64,000 bases of DNA from an uncultured Gammaproteobacteria bacterium. Its GTDB lineage: Bacteria; Patescibacteriota; Microgenomatia; UBA8517. The stretch spans positions 32,257 through 96,256 of the forward strand of contig CAZTVZ010000003.1 in NCBI GenBank assembly GCA_964617045.1, in the 5' to 3' direction. The notes below the pieces were generated by a model that made no database searches, had not been told where the DNA came from, and saw only the letters and a list, made by a program, of their open reading frames with translations. Of this stretch, positions 7,434-16,475 are shown piece after piece. How positions within the stretch are numbered: position 1 is the stretch's first letter; each line of letters begins with the position of its first letter. The position numbers and the translations under genes were made by a program.

Positions 7434-9554
7434 TTATTGTTGAGGTTCTTTTGGCTGTGAGGCAGAAGCTAAAAATTCCTCGGCGTTTTGAATCAGCACT
7501 TCTCTTGGCTTGGATCCTTCGGCAGGCCCGACTACTCCGGCGGCTTCAAGTTGGTCGATTACCCTTGCCGCTCTTGCATAACCGATTGACAATCTTCTTT
7601 GTAATAATGAAGCAGAAGCTCTGTCGTATTGACATACTTCTCTAACCGCATCCGTAAATAATGGATCAGCGTCCCCTTCCAGTCCAGCAATTGGTGCATG
7701 ACCAGACTTTGTCATGGCGGTTACTTCTTCCGAGTATTGAGGTTCAACTCCTTGGTTTCTTATATAGGAAACAAGCGAATTGGTTTCCTTGTCCGAAATA
7801 AACGCTCCCTGAATTCTCATTGGTTTAGCCTGCTCCGGAGGAAGGAATAACATGTCTCCCCTGCCCAATAATTTTTCCGCTCCCTGTGTATCCAAAATTA
7901 CCCTTGAATCAACTTGCGAAGATACTGCAAAAGCAATACGACAAGGAATATTCGCTTTGATAAGACCTGTAATAACATCGACCGATGGCCTTTGTGTTGC
8001 GAGAACCATATGTATACCCGTTGCACGAGCCATTTGGGCAATTCTGGTTATTGAATCTTCAACCTCAACCGGAGAAAAAAGCATAATATCAGCAAGTTCA
8101 TCGATGAAAAGAACAATGTATGGTAAAGCCTGGAAACCGGACAGTTCGTTGTAAGTATCTATATTCCTTGCTCCTGCTTGTGCAAATAATTTATATCTTC
8201 TATCCATTTCCGAAAGAATCCACCTAAGTGCCGAAACAACCTTTTCCGGTTCTACAATAACAGGGGTAAGAAGATGCGGAATATTATTATAATTGGTCAA
8301 TTCAACTCTCTTTGGATCAACCAAGATTAATTTGATTTCGGAAGGAGATGCTCTAAAAAGAAGCGATGAAAGGAAGGCGTTCACACAAACCGATTTACCC
8401 GAGCCTGTTTGTCCAGCAATTAAAACGTGAGGCATTTTCCCAATATCCGCAACGATTGGCTTACCTGAAACATCAAGCCCCAAAGAAACAGCGAGTTTGG
8501 ATCTGGTTGCGTGCATTGCTTCCGACTCCATCATTTTTCTTATCGGAACAAATTCCGGAGATTTATTGGGAAGTTCAATTCCCACCAAACTTCTTCCGGG
8601 AATAGGAGCCTCTATTCTTATCGTTCCTGTCGGAGCCGCAAGAGCAAGGGCAAGGTCTCTCTCCAAAGCGGTTATTTTTGAAAGCTTTGTCCCTAAACCT
8701 ACTTCCAATGCGTATTGGGTAACCGCAGGTCCCAAATTGACCTCGACAACTCTGGCCGTAATTCCAAACGATTCAAGCGTCTTTTCAATTATTGCCGCGT
8801 TGTCTCTAATATCTCCTCTGTCAGCCTTCCCAAGTTCGCTATTACTTAATAAGTCGAGATTCGGATATCTCCAAACTTTATCTTCACCCGGGACATTGGA
8901 AACCAATTTTTGTTCCAAAGGCTCTTTACTAACCGGTACTGTTTCCTTTTTGTTTGCAGGATTAACAATATTAAAAGATGGCGAACTTCCTCCCGACACC
9001 TTCATCGTTCCTTTTCCGAATCCTTTTGCAACAACTCCCTGAGTTTTATCCCCTACAATATATTTTTTGCCTTCTTTGAAAAGCATTATCAAAAATTGAA
9101 CAACTTGATCTACGGACGTGTTGAACATAATAACCAATCCAACAAGTGTTGTTCCCAATAAAACGATAAAAGCACCCGGGGCGGTTATTAAAGTTGCCGT
9201 TCCTCCCCATGCTTCACTACCGAGCACCCCACTTCTCCCTAAGGTTGCAATAGAAATAAAAAATAAAATGCTTCCTATGACAACGTTTGGTTGACCTAGG
9301 GGGTTTTTAACTTTGGAAACAAGAAGAGCACAAGTAAGAAAAATAAAAGGAAGAAAGAGTGTTGACCAAGCAAACATTCTCCAAAGAAAATCATTAATTT
9401 CGATTAGAATCGATCCTCTTCTGGAAAACGAAATCAAAACCAGGGCAGCAAGGGAAAAGAAAATTACCTGAACAATCGAATACGTTGTCCCCTTTTTTAA
9501 TTTGAGATTAAAAGCTCTCTTTGTTGTTTTTGCTCTTCTTAATTTTCTTCCCAT
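7434..9554 (-). CDS. ftsK: DNA translocase FtsK/SpoIIIE
   Basis: Shows N-terminal TM segments, the Walker A motif GQTGSGKSVCVN, the FtsK alpha/beta motor, and a C-terminal gamma winged-helix (LFTDAVREV...LLQRRLSIGYARAARVIDQLE). Confidence 0.9.
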   Translation of the reverse strand: MGRKLRRAKTTKRAFNLKLKKGTTYSIVQVIFFSLAALVLISFSRRGSILIEINDFLWRMFAWSTLFLPFIFLTCALLVSKVKNPLGQPNVVIGSILFFISIATLGRSGVLGSEAWGGTATLITAPGAFIVLLGTTLVGLVIMFNTSVDQVVQFLIMLFKEGKKYIVGDKTQGVVAKGFGKGTMKVSGGSSPSFNIVNPANKKETVPVSKEPLEQKLVSNVPGEDKVWRYPNLDLLSNSELGKADRGDIRDNAAIIEKTLESFGITARVVEVNLGPAVTQYALEVGLGTKLSKITALERDLALALAAPTGTIRIEAPIPGRSLVGIELPNKSPEFVPIRKMMESEAMHATRSKLAVSLGLDVSGKPIVADIGKMPHVLIAGQTGSGKSVCVNAFLSSLLFRASPSEIKLILVDPKRVELTNYNNIPHLLTPVIVEPEKVVSALRWILSEMDRRYKLFAQAGARNIDTYNELSGFQALPYIVLFIDELADIMLFSPVEVEDSITRIAQMARATGIHMVLATQRPSVDVITGLIKANIPCRIAFAVSSQVDSRVILDTQGAEKLLGRGDMLFLPPEQAKPMRIQGAFISDKETNSLVSYIRNQGVEPQYSEEVTAMTKSGHAPIAGLEGDADPLFTDAVREVCQYDRASASLLQRRLSIGYARAARVIDQLEAAGVVGPAEGSKPREVLIQNAEEFLASASQPKEPQQ

Positions 9555-9602
9555 ACTGAATATAATTATATCTAAGTGGTGAAGTAATACTAAAGAGGGA
9601 AA

Positions 9603-11273
9603 CTAAATTTCCACAACTACGGGAACAACCATCGGTCTTCTCCCCGTTTTTTCGTAAAAATACTTCTCCAAAAAGCTTACCGATTTGTCCTTGATAAATT
9701 TGCTGTCAAAGTTTTTACCAATATCCAAATGTTTTTTAAGCTCTATTGCTGTTGAATTAAGAAATGCTTTTTCTTTTTCTTCAAAAACAAACCCTCTCGA
9801 AATGATTTCGGGTACATCATATAGTTTCCTCTGAGTTCCGTCAAAAGGAAGCATGACAATTGCCACTCCATCTTTTGCAAGAACATGTCTATCTCGTAAC
9901 ACAACGTTTCCGACATCCCCAATTCCCAATCCATCAACCAACACATTCCTTGTCTGTACTTTACCCGATATTCTGGCATTTCCGTTTTTAAATTCCACAA
10001 CTTCTCCTGCACCTAACTCAAAAACATCTTTTGCCTGTGCACCCATGTTTTGAGCCATTAGACTATATGCCCGCATATGTCTTTTTGTTCCACCTATCGG
10101 AAGGTAATATTTTGGCCTTAGAAGACCAAAAAGTAGTTCTATATCTTTTTGAGAACCGTGTCCAGAAACATGCAAATCTTCTTGTGTATCGTAGTAATGT
10201 ACTTCAACATCTTCTTCGATAAATTTATCCACAATAAAATCGGTGTTTGTTTTTGATCCTGGCGGTGCGGGATCTGAAGAAAAGATAACAAGATCCGCAG
10301 ATTCGACTTTCAAGAATTTATGTTCTCCTATCGCCAATCTGTATAAGGCACTTCCGGGCTGCCCATAACTTCCGGAAATAATATAGACAATCTGATTTTT
10401 GTTTAATCTTCCGGCTTCTTTCGGAGAAGCAATAACATTATCGGGATACATGAGATATCCCAAGTCTCTTGCGATCTCGGCTTTTCTTTCGATTGATCTT
10501 CCCACAAAAATTACTTTTTTACCCAATCTGACACAAATATTGATGAGCTGCTGCATTCTGGAAATGTTTGAGGATATTGTTGTGAAGAATGTTCTTCCTC
10601 TTGCCTTTCTGATAATCTCCTCCAATCTGTTTTCAATTTCTTTTTCGCTTTCCGTATATCCGGGAGTTGTAGATCCTAGTGCATCCGAAGCAAGGGCAAG
10701 CACCCCTTCAGAAGCCAAAGAAACCATCCTTTTTACATCAAACGGTTTACCGTCCACGGGAGTCCAATCAAATTTGTAATCGGGAACATGGAAAATTTTT
10801 CCTTCAGGAGTATCTATTGCAAAACCAACTCCATCCGGAACAGAATGGGATACCCTAAAAGGGGTCACCCGAAAATTGCCCAGAGTCAAAACATCTCTTT
10901 CAGGATCAAATACATTTACTTTTGGAGGTTTCATTTCATAATCGACGAACTTGTCTTCAATAAAACCTGCAACCAGTTTTGTTGCATAAATGGGAAGATT
11001 TACATCTTTCAACAGGAAAGGAAGTGCACCTAAATGGTCTTCGTGTCCGTGTGATATCAATATTCCTTTTATTTTATTTGCGTTTTCTTTGATATATGTA
11101 AAATCCGGAATAACAAGATCAACCCCAAACATTTCCGGTTCGGGAAAACCTACTCCGCAATCGACAACGATCATATCATTACCGTATTCGTAGATATAAA
11201 AGTTTTCCGTTACGGCAGTCGTACCTGACAGTGCTACAAATTTTAAACCGTTATTGTTTCCTTGATTTTTCAT
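9603..11273 (-). CDS. rnj: ribonuclease J (metallo-beta-lactamase / beta-CASP RNase)
   Basis: The HGHEDHLGALP metallo-beta-lactamase motif lies near the N-terminus. The 556-aa length and domain order are typical of RNase J. Confidence 0.9.
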   Translation of the reverse strand: MKNQGNNNGLKFVALSGTTAVTENFYIYEYGNDMIVVDCGVGFPEPEMFGVDLVIPDFTYIKENANKIKGILISHGHEDHLGALPFLLKDVNLPIYATKLVAGFIEDKFVDYEMKPPKVNVFDPERDVLTLGNFRVTPFRVSHSVPDGVGFAIDTPEGKIFHVPDYKFDWTPVDGKPFDVKRMVSLASEGVLALASDALGSTTPGYTESEKEIENRLEEIIRKARGRTFFTTISSNISRMQQLINICVRLGKKVIFVGRSIERKAEIARDLGYLMYPDNVIASPKEAGRLNKNQIVYIISGSYGQPGSALYRLAIGEHKFLKVESADLVIFSSDPAPPGSKTNTDFIVDKFIEEDVEVHYYDTQEDLHVSGHGSQKDIELLFGLLRPKYYLPIGGTKRHMRAYSLMAQNMGAQAKDVFELGAGEVVEFKNGNARISGKVQTRNVLVDGLGIGDVGNVVLRDRHVLAKDGVAIVMLPFDGTQRKLYDVPEIISRGFVFEEKEKAFLNSTAIELKKHLDIGKNFDSKFIKDKSVSFLEKYFYEKTGRRPMVVPVVVEI

Positions 11274-11902
11274 ACCAGTGACATTTGTTCTATTGATTCT
11301 TTTTGTTCTTCTTTTTTTATTTCTTCCAATTTGGCTATTATCCCGGGAAGGCTTTGAAAATCTTCCTCCAACTGTCGTTTCACTTCGAGTCTCCTTAGCG
11401 CTGCGGCCGGATGATACATTGGAACGACAGCCAAATCTTTACCGTTCCAGTTTACTCTAAAAATTTTTCCATGAATAGCCGATATCTTGGCATTGGGAAT
11501 AAACTTCCCCATCGAAAACCTACCCAAAGTAACAACAATCTTTGGATTTACTATCTCAATAATTTTATCGACGTAAGGACGATAGGCTTCCAATTCTTCA
11601 GGTAGAGGGTCTCTATTATTCGGCGGTCTATGATTAACTACATTTGTAATAAATACATTTTCCCTTTCCAGTTTAATCGGTTGAAGCAATTTGTTTAATA
11701 GTGCTCCCGCATTGCCAATAAACGGTCTTGCTTTTTGATCCTCCCAGTAACCGGGACCTTCTCCTAAAAAGAGGATTTCTGCCTCCGGATTTCCCTCTCC
11801 AAAAACCAGATTTGTTGCTCCTTTTCTCAAAGGCAAACTTTTATCAAGATTCATTTCTTTTTTTAAATCACGAAGAGCTGTAATTTTTTCCTGTCTATCC
11901 AT
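11270..11902 (-). CDS. uracil-DNA glycosylase, family 4
   Basis: Shows the GEGPGYWEDQKARPFIGNAG (GE[AG]PG..E) motif and HPAAALR, both typical of family-4 UDG. Confidence 0.85.
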   Translation of the reverse strand: MDRQEKITALRDLKKEMNLDKSLPLRKGATNLVFGEGNPEAEILFLGEGPGYWEDQKARPFIGNAGALLNKLLQPIKLERENVFITNVVNHRPPNNRDPLPEELEAYRPYVDKIIEIVNPKIVVTLGRFSMGKFIPNAKISAIHGKIFRVNWNGKDLAVVPMYHPAAALRRLEVKRQLEEDFQSLPGIIAKLEEIKKEEQKESIEQMSLV

Positions 11903-12948
11903 TACTGAGGCAAAAATTCCTTAACATTAGCTTGTGTTAAGTGAATCGAACTAACCTTTCCTTCAACTATTCCTCGGGCAACTTTCCTTACTATACCTTC
12001 TATTGTTCTTTCTAGAGTTCTTATGCCCGCATCATAACCTAGCGGTCTTGCAATGTTTGCCCAAACATCAGGATCAATAACCAAGCTTCCCTGAGGTATT
12101 CCGGCTTCTTTTATTACTTTCGGTAAAATGTAATTCATACCAATATTAATTTTTTCCTGGTCAGAATATGATGGCATACTTATCGGCTCTATTCTGTCCA
12201 AAACTGCGGTAGAAATATTGGTGGTATTATTTGCGGTTGCAATAAACAACACCTCCGACAAATCAACCGGATAGTCTATATAGTGGTCAACATACTCGTG
12301 ATTTTGTTCCGGGTCAAGAAGCTCAACCAATACTCCCATTATTGATGCCCTACCTTGATCGGTTACTCTATCAATTTCATCAAGAAGAATAACCGGATTT
12401 TTACTCTGTGTTTGTTTCAAAGCTTTAACAATTTTTCCGGGTTCTGATTCCGGGTGCATTCTGGATTGTCCTCGCAGATCTAATGGATCACCCATACCTC
12501 CAAAGGGAATACGGGCAAACTTTCTACCCAATGCTTCGGCGATAGAACTGGCAATGGTTGTTTTACCAGTACCTACAAGCCCTACAAAACACAGTATTGG
12601 TGCTCTCATAATATCACCTTGTTCTCCTTTTTCTCTTTTTAATTTCATTACTGAAATATATTCAATTATTCTGTCTTTAATTTGATTTAGACCGTGATGA
12701 TTTTTATTCAACACACTGGTTGCATTTGCTATATCCAAATTATCTTCCGTCCTTCTTTCCCAAGGTAATATAGTAATCCAATCGATATATTTGCCGATCC
12801 TGTCGAATTCGGGCAAAAATGAGGGTGAAGCGGTAAGCTTAGCAAGCTGATCAAGTCTTATTAAAACATTCTCAGTAAGCTTTGGGGGTAAAGATGCTTT
12901 TTGCACCCTATCTTTTAATACCTGTATATCTTGGGCAGCTATATCCAT
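11902..12948 (-). CDS. Lon-like AAA+ ATPase module lacking LON-N and protease (S16) domains
   Basis: Carries the Lon-type Walker A motif ILCFVGLVGTGKTTIASSIAEALGRKFARIPFGG. The Walker B motif ILLDEIDR and a sensor/arginine-finger region are also present. The ORF ends after the alpha-helical lid (GIRTLERTIEGIVRK). No protease domain is present downstream. Confidence 0.7.
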   Translation of the reverse strand: MDIAAQDIQVLKDRVQKASLPPKLTENVLIRLDQLAKLTASPSFLPEFDRIGKYIDWITILPWERRTEDNLDIANATSVLNKNHHGLNQIKDRIIEYISVMKLKREKGEQGDIMRAPILCFVGLVGTGKTTIASSIAEALGRKFARIPFGGMGDPLDLRGQSRMHPESEPGKIVKALKQTQSKNPVILLDEIDRVTDQGRASIMGVLVELLDPEQNHEYVDHYIDYPVDLSEVLFIATANNTTNISTAVLDRIEPISMPSYSDQEKINIGMNYILPKVIKEAGIPQGSLVIDPDVWANIARPLGYDAGIRTLERTIEGIVRKVARGIVEGKVSSIHLTQANVKEFLPQ

Positions 12949-12965
12949 TACTTAATTCTACTATA

Positions 12966-15230
12966 TTAGAAGTTGCCTTTATCTCTGTCTTCTATCAACC
13001 TACTGGTTGGAAAATGAGGACCTGAAGGTCTATCTCCACTTCCGCGGCCAAAACTTCTTCTAGGTCCACGGCTATCGTATGATCTTCCTCTTCCACCTCT
13101 ATCGTAACTTCTTCTTTCTCCTCTATCGAAAGATTTTCTTTCTTCTCTTGGTTTATCTTTTGCGGGGTCCATGTTCATGGACAAATTAATTCTTCCCAAA
13201 CTATCCACTTCTCTTACTCTGACTTTGACAATGTCACCGATTTTTACCACTTCTTCCGGATTTTTTATAAACCCTTCGCCCATATCGGAAACATGAACCA
13301 TTCCGTCTTTTCCAGGAAGAATCTCTATAAATGCTCCAAAAGGCTGTATTCTTTTTACTTCGCCTTCGTATATCTCTCCCGGTTGGACCTCTTTAATCAT
13401 TCCTTCAACTGTTGCAACAGCTTTATCGACTGCTGCTTCATCAATTCCGGAAATGTTTACTCTTCCATCGTCCTCCACCTCGACTTGGGCACCGGAATCG
13501 GCAATAATTTTCTTAATCATCTTTCCACCCGGTCCGATTATTTCACCGATTTTCTCAACAGGAATCATTACTGTTTTAATCTTGGGTGCAAAAGCGGATA
13601 CTGTTTTTCTTGGTTCTGGCAATGTCTCCAACATATGCTTTAAGATATGGGCTCTTCCCTCTTTGGCTTGGTCAATAGCTTTTTCCAAAATTTCAGGAGT
13701 TAAATTAAGTGTCTTAACATCCAATTGAAGTGCTGTAATTCCTTTTTCCGTACCGGCAACTTTGAAATCCATATCTCCGTTGAAATCTTCAAGACCCATT
13801 ATGTCCGAAAGAATTGCAACTTCTTTTCCTTCGATAATAAGCCCCATTGCAATACCTGAAACCGGTGAGGTAAGAGGCACTCCTGCATCCATTAAAGACA
13901 AAGTCGAACCACAAACCGATGCCTGAGATGTCGAACCATTGGAACTTGTAACTTCAGACACAACCCTTATTGCATAAGGGAATTTATCAAGTGATGGGAT
14001 AACCGGTTCAATTGCTCTTTCTGCAAGGGCTCCGTGTCCGATTTCTCTTCTGGAAGGTTGTCCAACTCTTCCTGTTTCACCAGAAGCATATGGAGGCATT
14101 GAGTAGTGATGCATGTATCTCTTTTCTGCTTCTCCTTCTGCTGACTCTAAAAGTTGTCCCATTGAAGGGGCACCAAGAGTTACAACTGAAAGAACTTGAG
14201 TTTGACCTCTTTGGAAAAGTGCCGACCCGTGAACTCTGGGCAAAAGCCCTACTTCAGAATAAAGAGGCCTGATTTCTGTATGTTTTCTTCCATCGGGTCT
14301 TTTTCCTTTAAGGATCATTTCTCTGATGTAGTGTTTCTTTTGGTTGTCAATTATTTGAGGGATAAATACTTTCTCTTCAGGGGTAAAGCTTTCGGATACT
14401 GCTGCCACAAGCTCTTCGAATACTGCTGATCTTCCGCCTTCAACATGAAGCATTTCTTCTACCATATCTGCAATTTTTGGTGCTGCCAATTTTTCAACTG
14501 CACTTACGAGTTTGGCGTCAATTTTTGGTTCTACATATACTTCTTTTTCAACTCCGGTCTCTTTAGCAAAATCTTCAATGAATTTAATAATTGTGTCTGC
14601 TTCTTTCTTGGCGTGTTTAATTCCACCCAAAATATCTTTTTCTGAAACTTCTTTTGCTCCTGCTTCAATCATGATCACGGCATCTTTTGTGGATGAAACC
14701 ACAAGATCCATTTCGGAATCTATTCCGTCGGTTGTTGAAGGATTGGTAATATATTTGCCATCCTTTAGTCCAACCTTAACCGATGCGGATGGACCTTTCC
14801 AAGGTATTCCGGATACTGCGATTGCAGCTGAGCTGGCAATGGTTGCCAAGATAGAAGGATCATTTTCCATATCAACCGACATTACCATTACTACTAGTTG
14901 AACTTCTTTTTTGTAATCGTGTGGGAACAAGGGTCTTACGGACCTATCAATAAGCCTTGAGGTTAGAATTTCTTCATCTGTGGGCCTACCTTCTCTTTTA
15001 ACCCAACGTGAACCCTTGATTCTTCCTCCGGCATACAGCCTTTCTTGATAATCAACGGTTAGAGGAAAATATCCCAAGTCCATTTTAAGAGGAGCGGATA
15101 CAACGGTTGCCAGCACTACGGTTTCACCGTATGTAGCCAAAACGGAACCCGTTGCTTGTTGTGCAATTTTTCCCGTAGAGAGGGTTAATTTTCTACCTCC
15201 TAAATCAATAGTTTTTTCTACTTTGTTCAT
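12966..15230 (-). CDS. pnp: polynucleotide phosphorylase (PNPase) with Arg/Gly/Ser-rich C-terminal tail
   Basis: Shows two RNase PH domains plus KH and S1 domains. The N-terminus (MNKVEKTIDLGGRKLTLSTGKIAQQATGSV) is canonical. A ~50-aa C-terminal RGG/RSYD-repeat tail follows. Confidence 0.95.
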   Translation of the reverse strand: MNKVEKTIDLGGRKLTLSTGKIAQQATGSVLATYGETVVLATVVSAPLKMDLGYFPLTVDYQERLYAGGRIKGSRWVKREGRPTDEEILTSRLIDRSVRPLFPHDYKKEVQLVVMVMSVDMENDPSILATIASSAAIAVSGIPWKGPSASVKVGLKDGKYITNPSTTDGIDSEMDLVVSSTKDAVIMIEAGAKEVSEKDILGGIKHAKKEADTIIKFIEDFAKETGVEKEVYVEPKIDAKLVSAVEKLAAPKIADMVEEMLHVEGGRSAVFEELVAAVSESFTPEEKVFIPQIIDNQKKHYIREMILKGKRPDGRKHTEIRPLYSEVGLLPRVHGSALFQRGQTQVLSVVTLGAPSMGQLLESAEGEAEKRYMHHYSMPPYASGETGRVGQPSRREIGHGALAERAIEPVIPSLDKFPYAIRVVSEVTSSNGSTSQASVCGSTLSLMDAGVPLTSPVSGIAMGLIIEGKEVAILSDIMGLEDFNGDMDFKVAGTEKGITALQLDVKTLNLTPEILEKAIDQAKEGRAHILKHMLETLPEPRKTVSAFAPKIKTVMIPVEKIGEIIGPGGKMIKKIIADSGAQVEVEDDGRVNISGIDEAAVDKAVATVEGMIKEVQPGEIYEGEVKRIQPFGAFIEILPGKDGMVHVSDMGEGFIKNPEEVVKIGDIVKVRVREVDSLGRINLSMNMDPAKDKPREERKSFDRGERRSYDRGGRGRSYDSRGPRRSFGRGSGDRPSGPHFPTSRLIEDRDKGNF

Positions 15231-15262
15231 TTTTTAATTGTTAGTTACTTATGTGTGGTGTC

Positions 15263-15532
15263 TTACTTTTCCAATTTAAGTTCTTTTATCAAGTTCTTAT
15301 AGCGCTCTTCGTCGCGCTTTCGAAGATAAGTAAGTAACCTTCTTCTTTTGGCTACCATGGAAAGTAGTCCACGTCTTGAGTGTACATCTTTTCCGTGTGC
15401 TTTTAAATGTTCCGTAAGCTTTCCGATTTGAAGGGAAAGAAGTGCAATTTGCACTTCGGGACTTCCGGTGTCACCAGTTTCTCTGGCGAATTTCTTAATT
15501 ATATCTTGTTTTTCTTCAATTTTTAGTGACAT
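15263..15532 (-). CDS. rpsO: 30S ribosomal protein S15
   Basis: [33 protein letters not shown]...[18 protein letters not shown] matches S15. The six-frame ORF starts 5 codons earlier, at 15547. Confidence 0.9.
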   Translation of the reverse strand: MSLKIEEKQDIIKKFARETGDTGSPEVQIALLSLQIGKLTEHLKAHGKDVHSRRGLLSMVAKRRRLLTYLRKRDEERYKNLIKELKLEK

Positions 15533-15621
15533 AGTCGTGTCGAACAAAGTAGCCGAATTCCACGGTCAGCCTTGTAAGCATCAGAGTGAATAATACCATA
15601 CAACGAGGCTATATGCAAAGG

Positions 15622-16470
15622 TCAACTTACCGAGGTTCCTTTGTATATTTTTGGTTCCTTAAACCACTCTTGAGGAGCTGGTTCTTCTTTCTTTTCCGGC
15701 TCAACAGGAATATCTCCCGGTATTGATCCTTGAGGAAAAGATTCTCTTTTTGGTCTTTCCGGCATTCTTTGGCCACCCGCTCTCAAAAGCACTGCCATTG
15801 TTTGGAAGGTGTCCGCATTAACCTCAGGCGATTTCAAGTCGTGGCTTCCTTCCTCGATTCCCATTAGTAAATTTGTTGCAATTTCTTGATCAAGTTCCAA
15901 TCCGCCTTCCATAAGAAGCATTGCCATAAGCTCCGAGACTGTTGAGGCGGGCCTGGCGAAAGATAGAATTGGTTTTCCACTTTCCATGTTTAAGGCTCTG
16001 GTGCCAATGTGGATTATTTTTACTCCTTCCAGTTCGGGTGAAGACAATATCGGAAAATGGCTTTCATTGGCTCCTCCGATAAGTACAACCGTATCTGCGG
16101 ATATTCCGGAATAATCCATTAGAACCTGTTCCTTGTTGGGTGCCAACAAGCCGGTTTTAGGAATAATTGTAAGATTCAAGTCGCCACCAACAACATCATA
16201 TCTAACTTTTTCGATTTGTTCAGCGTCATATCCTTTGATAATAATGTTGAGGTTTTTATTTCCGACATCCGAAGTAATTTTTTGAACACCGATCAGTCTG
16301 CTAAATTCAACCAACATTGGATTGGGAGAATAGATCATAGACTCTTTATGTCCTTTTAAAGAAAGATAAAGTGCTGTTCCCGCTGCTACCTGATCAAAAT
16401 ACGGTTTCGTCGGAAGAATGACGAGTATACTTTTGGCAGATGATAAAAGAGATCCGAATGAATTTTCCAT
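15622..16470 (-). CDS. NrnA-like DHH-fold protein with degenerate catalytic motifs (DHHA1 domain absent)
   Basis: Collinear similarity to NrnA: motif I region ILPTKPYFDQVAAGTA, motif II region TVVLIGGANESHF, and ASTVSELMAMLLMEGG...IATNLLMGIEEGSHDL. DHH has become IHI, there is no GGGH, and a Pro-rich C-terminal tail is present. It occupies the conserved infB-rbfA-nrnA-truB-rpsO slot. Confidence 0.5.
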   Translation of the reverse strand: MENSFGSLLSSAKSILVILPTKPYFDQVAAGTALYLSLKGHKESMIYSPNPMLVEFSRLIGVQKITSDVGNKNLNIIIKGYDAEQIEKVRYDVVGGDLNLTIIPKTGLLAPNKEQVLMDYSGISADTVVLIGGANESHFPILSSPELEGVKIIHIGTRALNMESGKPILSFARPASTVSELMAMLLMEGGLELDQEIATNLLMGIEEGSHDLKSPEVNADTFQTMAVLLRAGGQRMPERPKRESFPQGSIPGDIPVEPEKKEEPAPQEWFKEPKIYKGTSVS

Positions 16471-16475
16471 TAATC

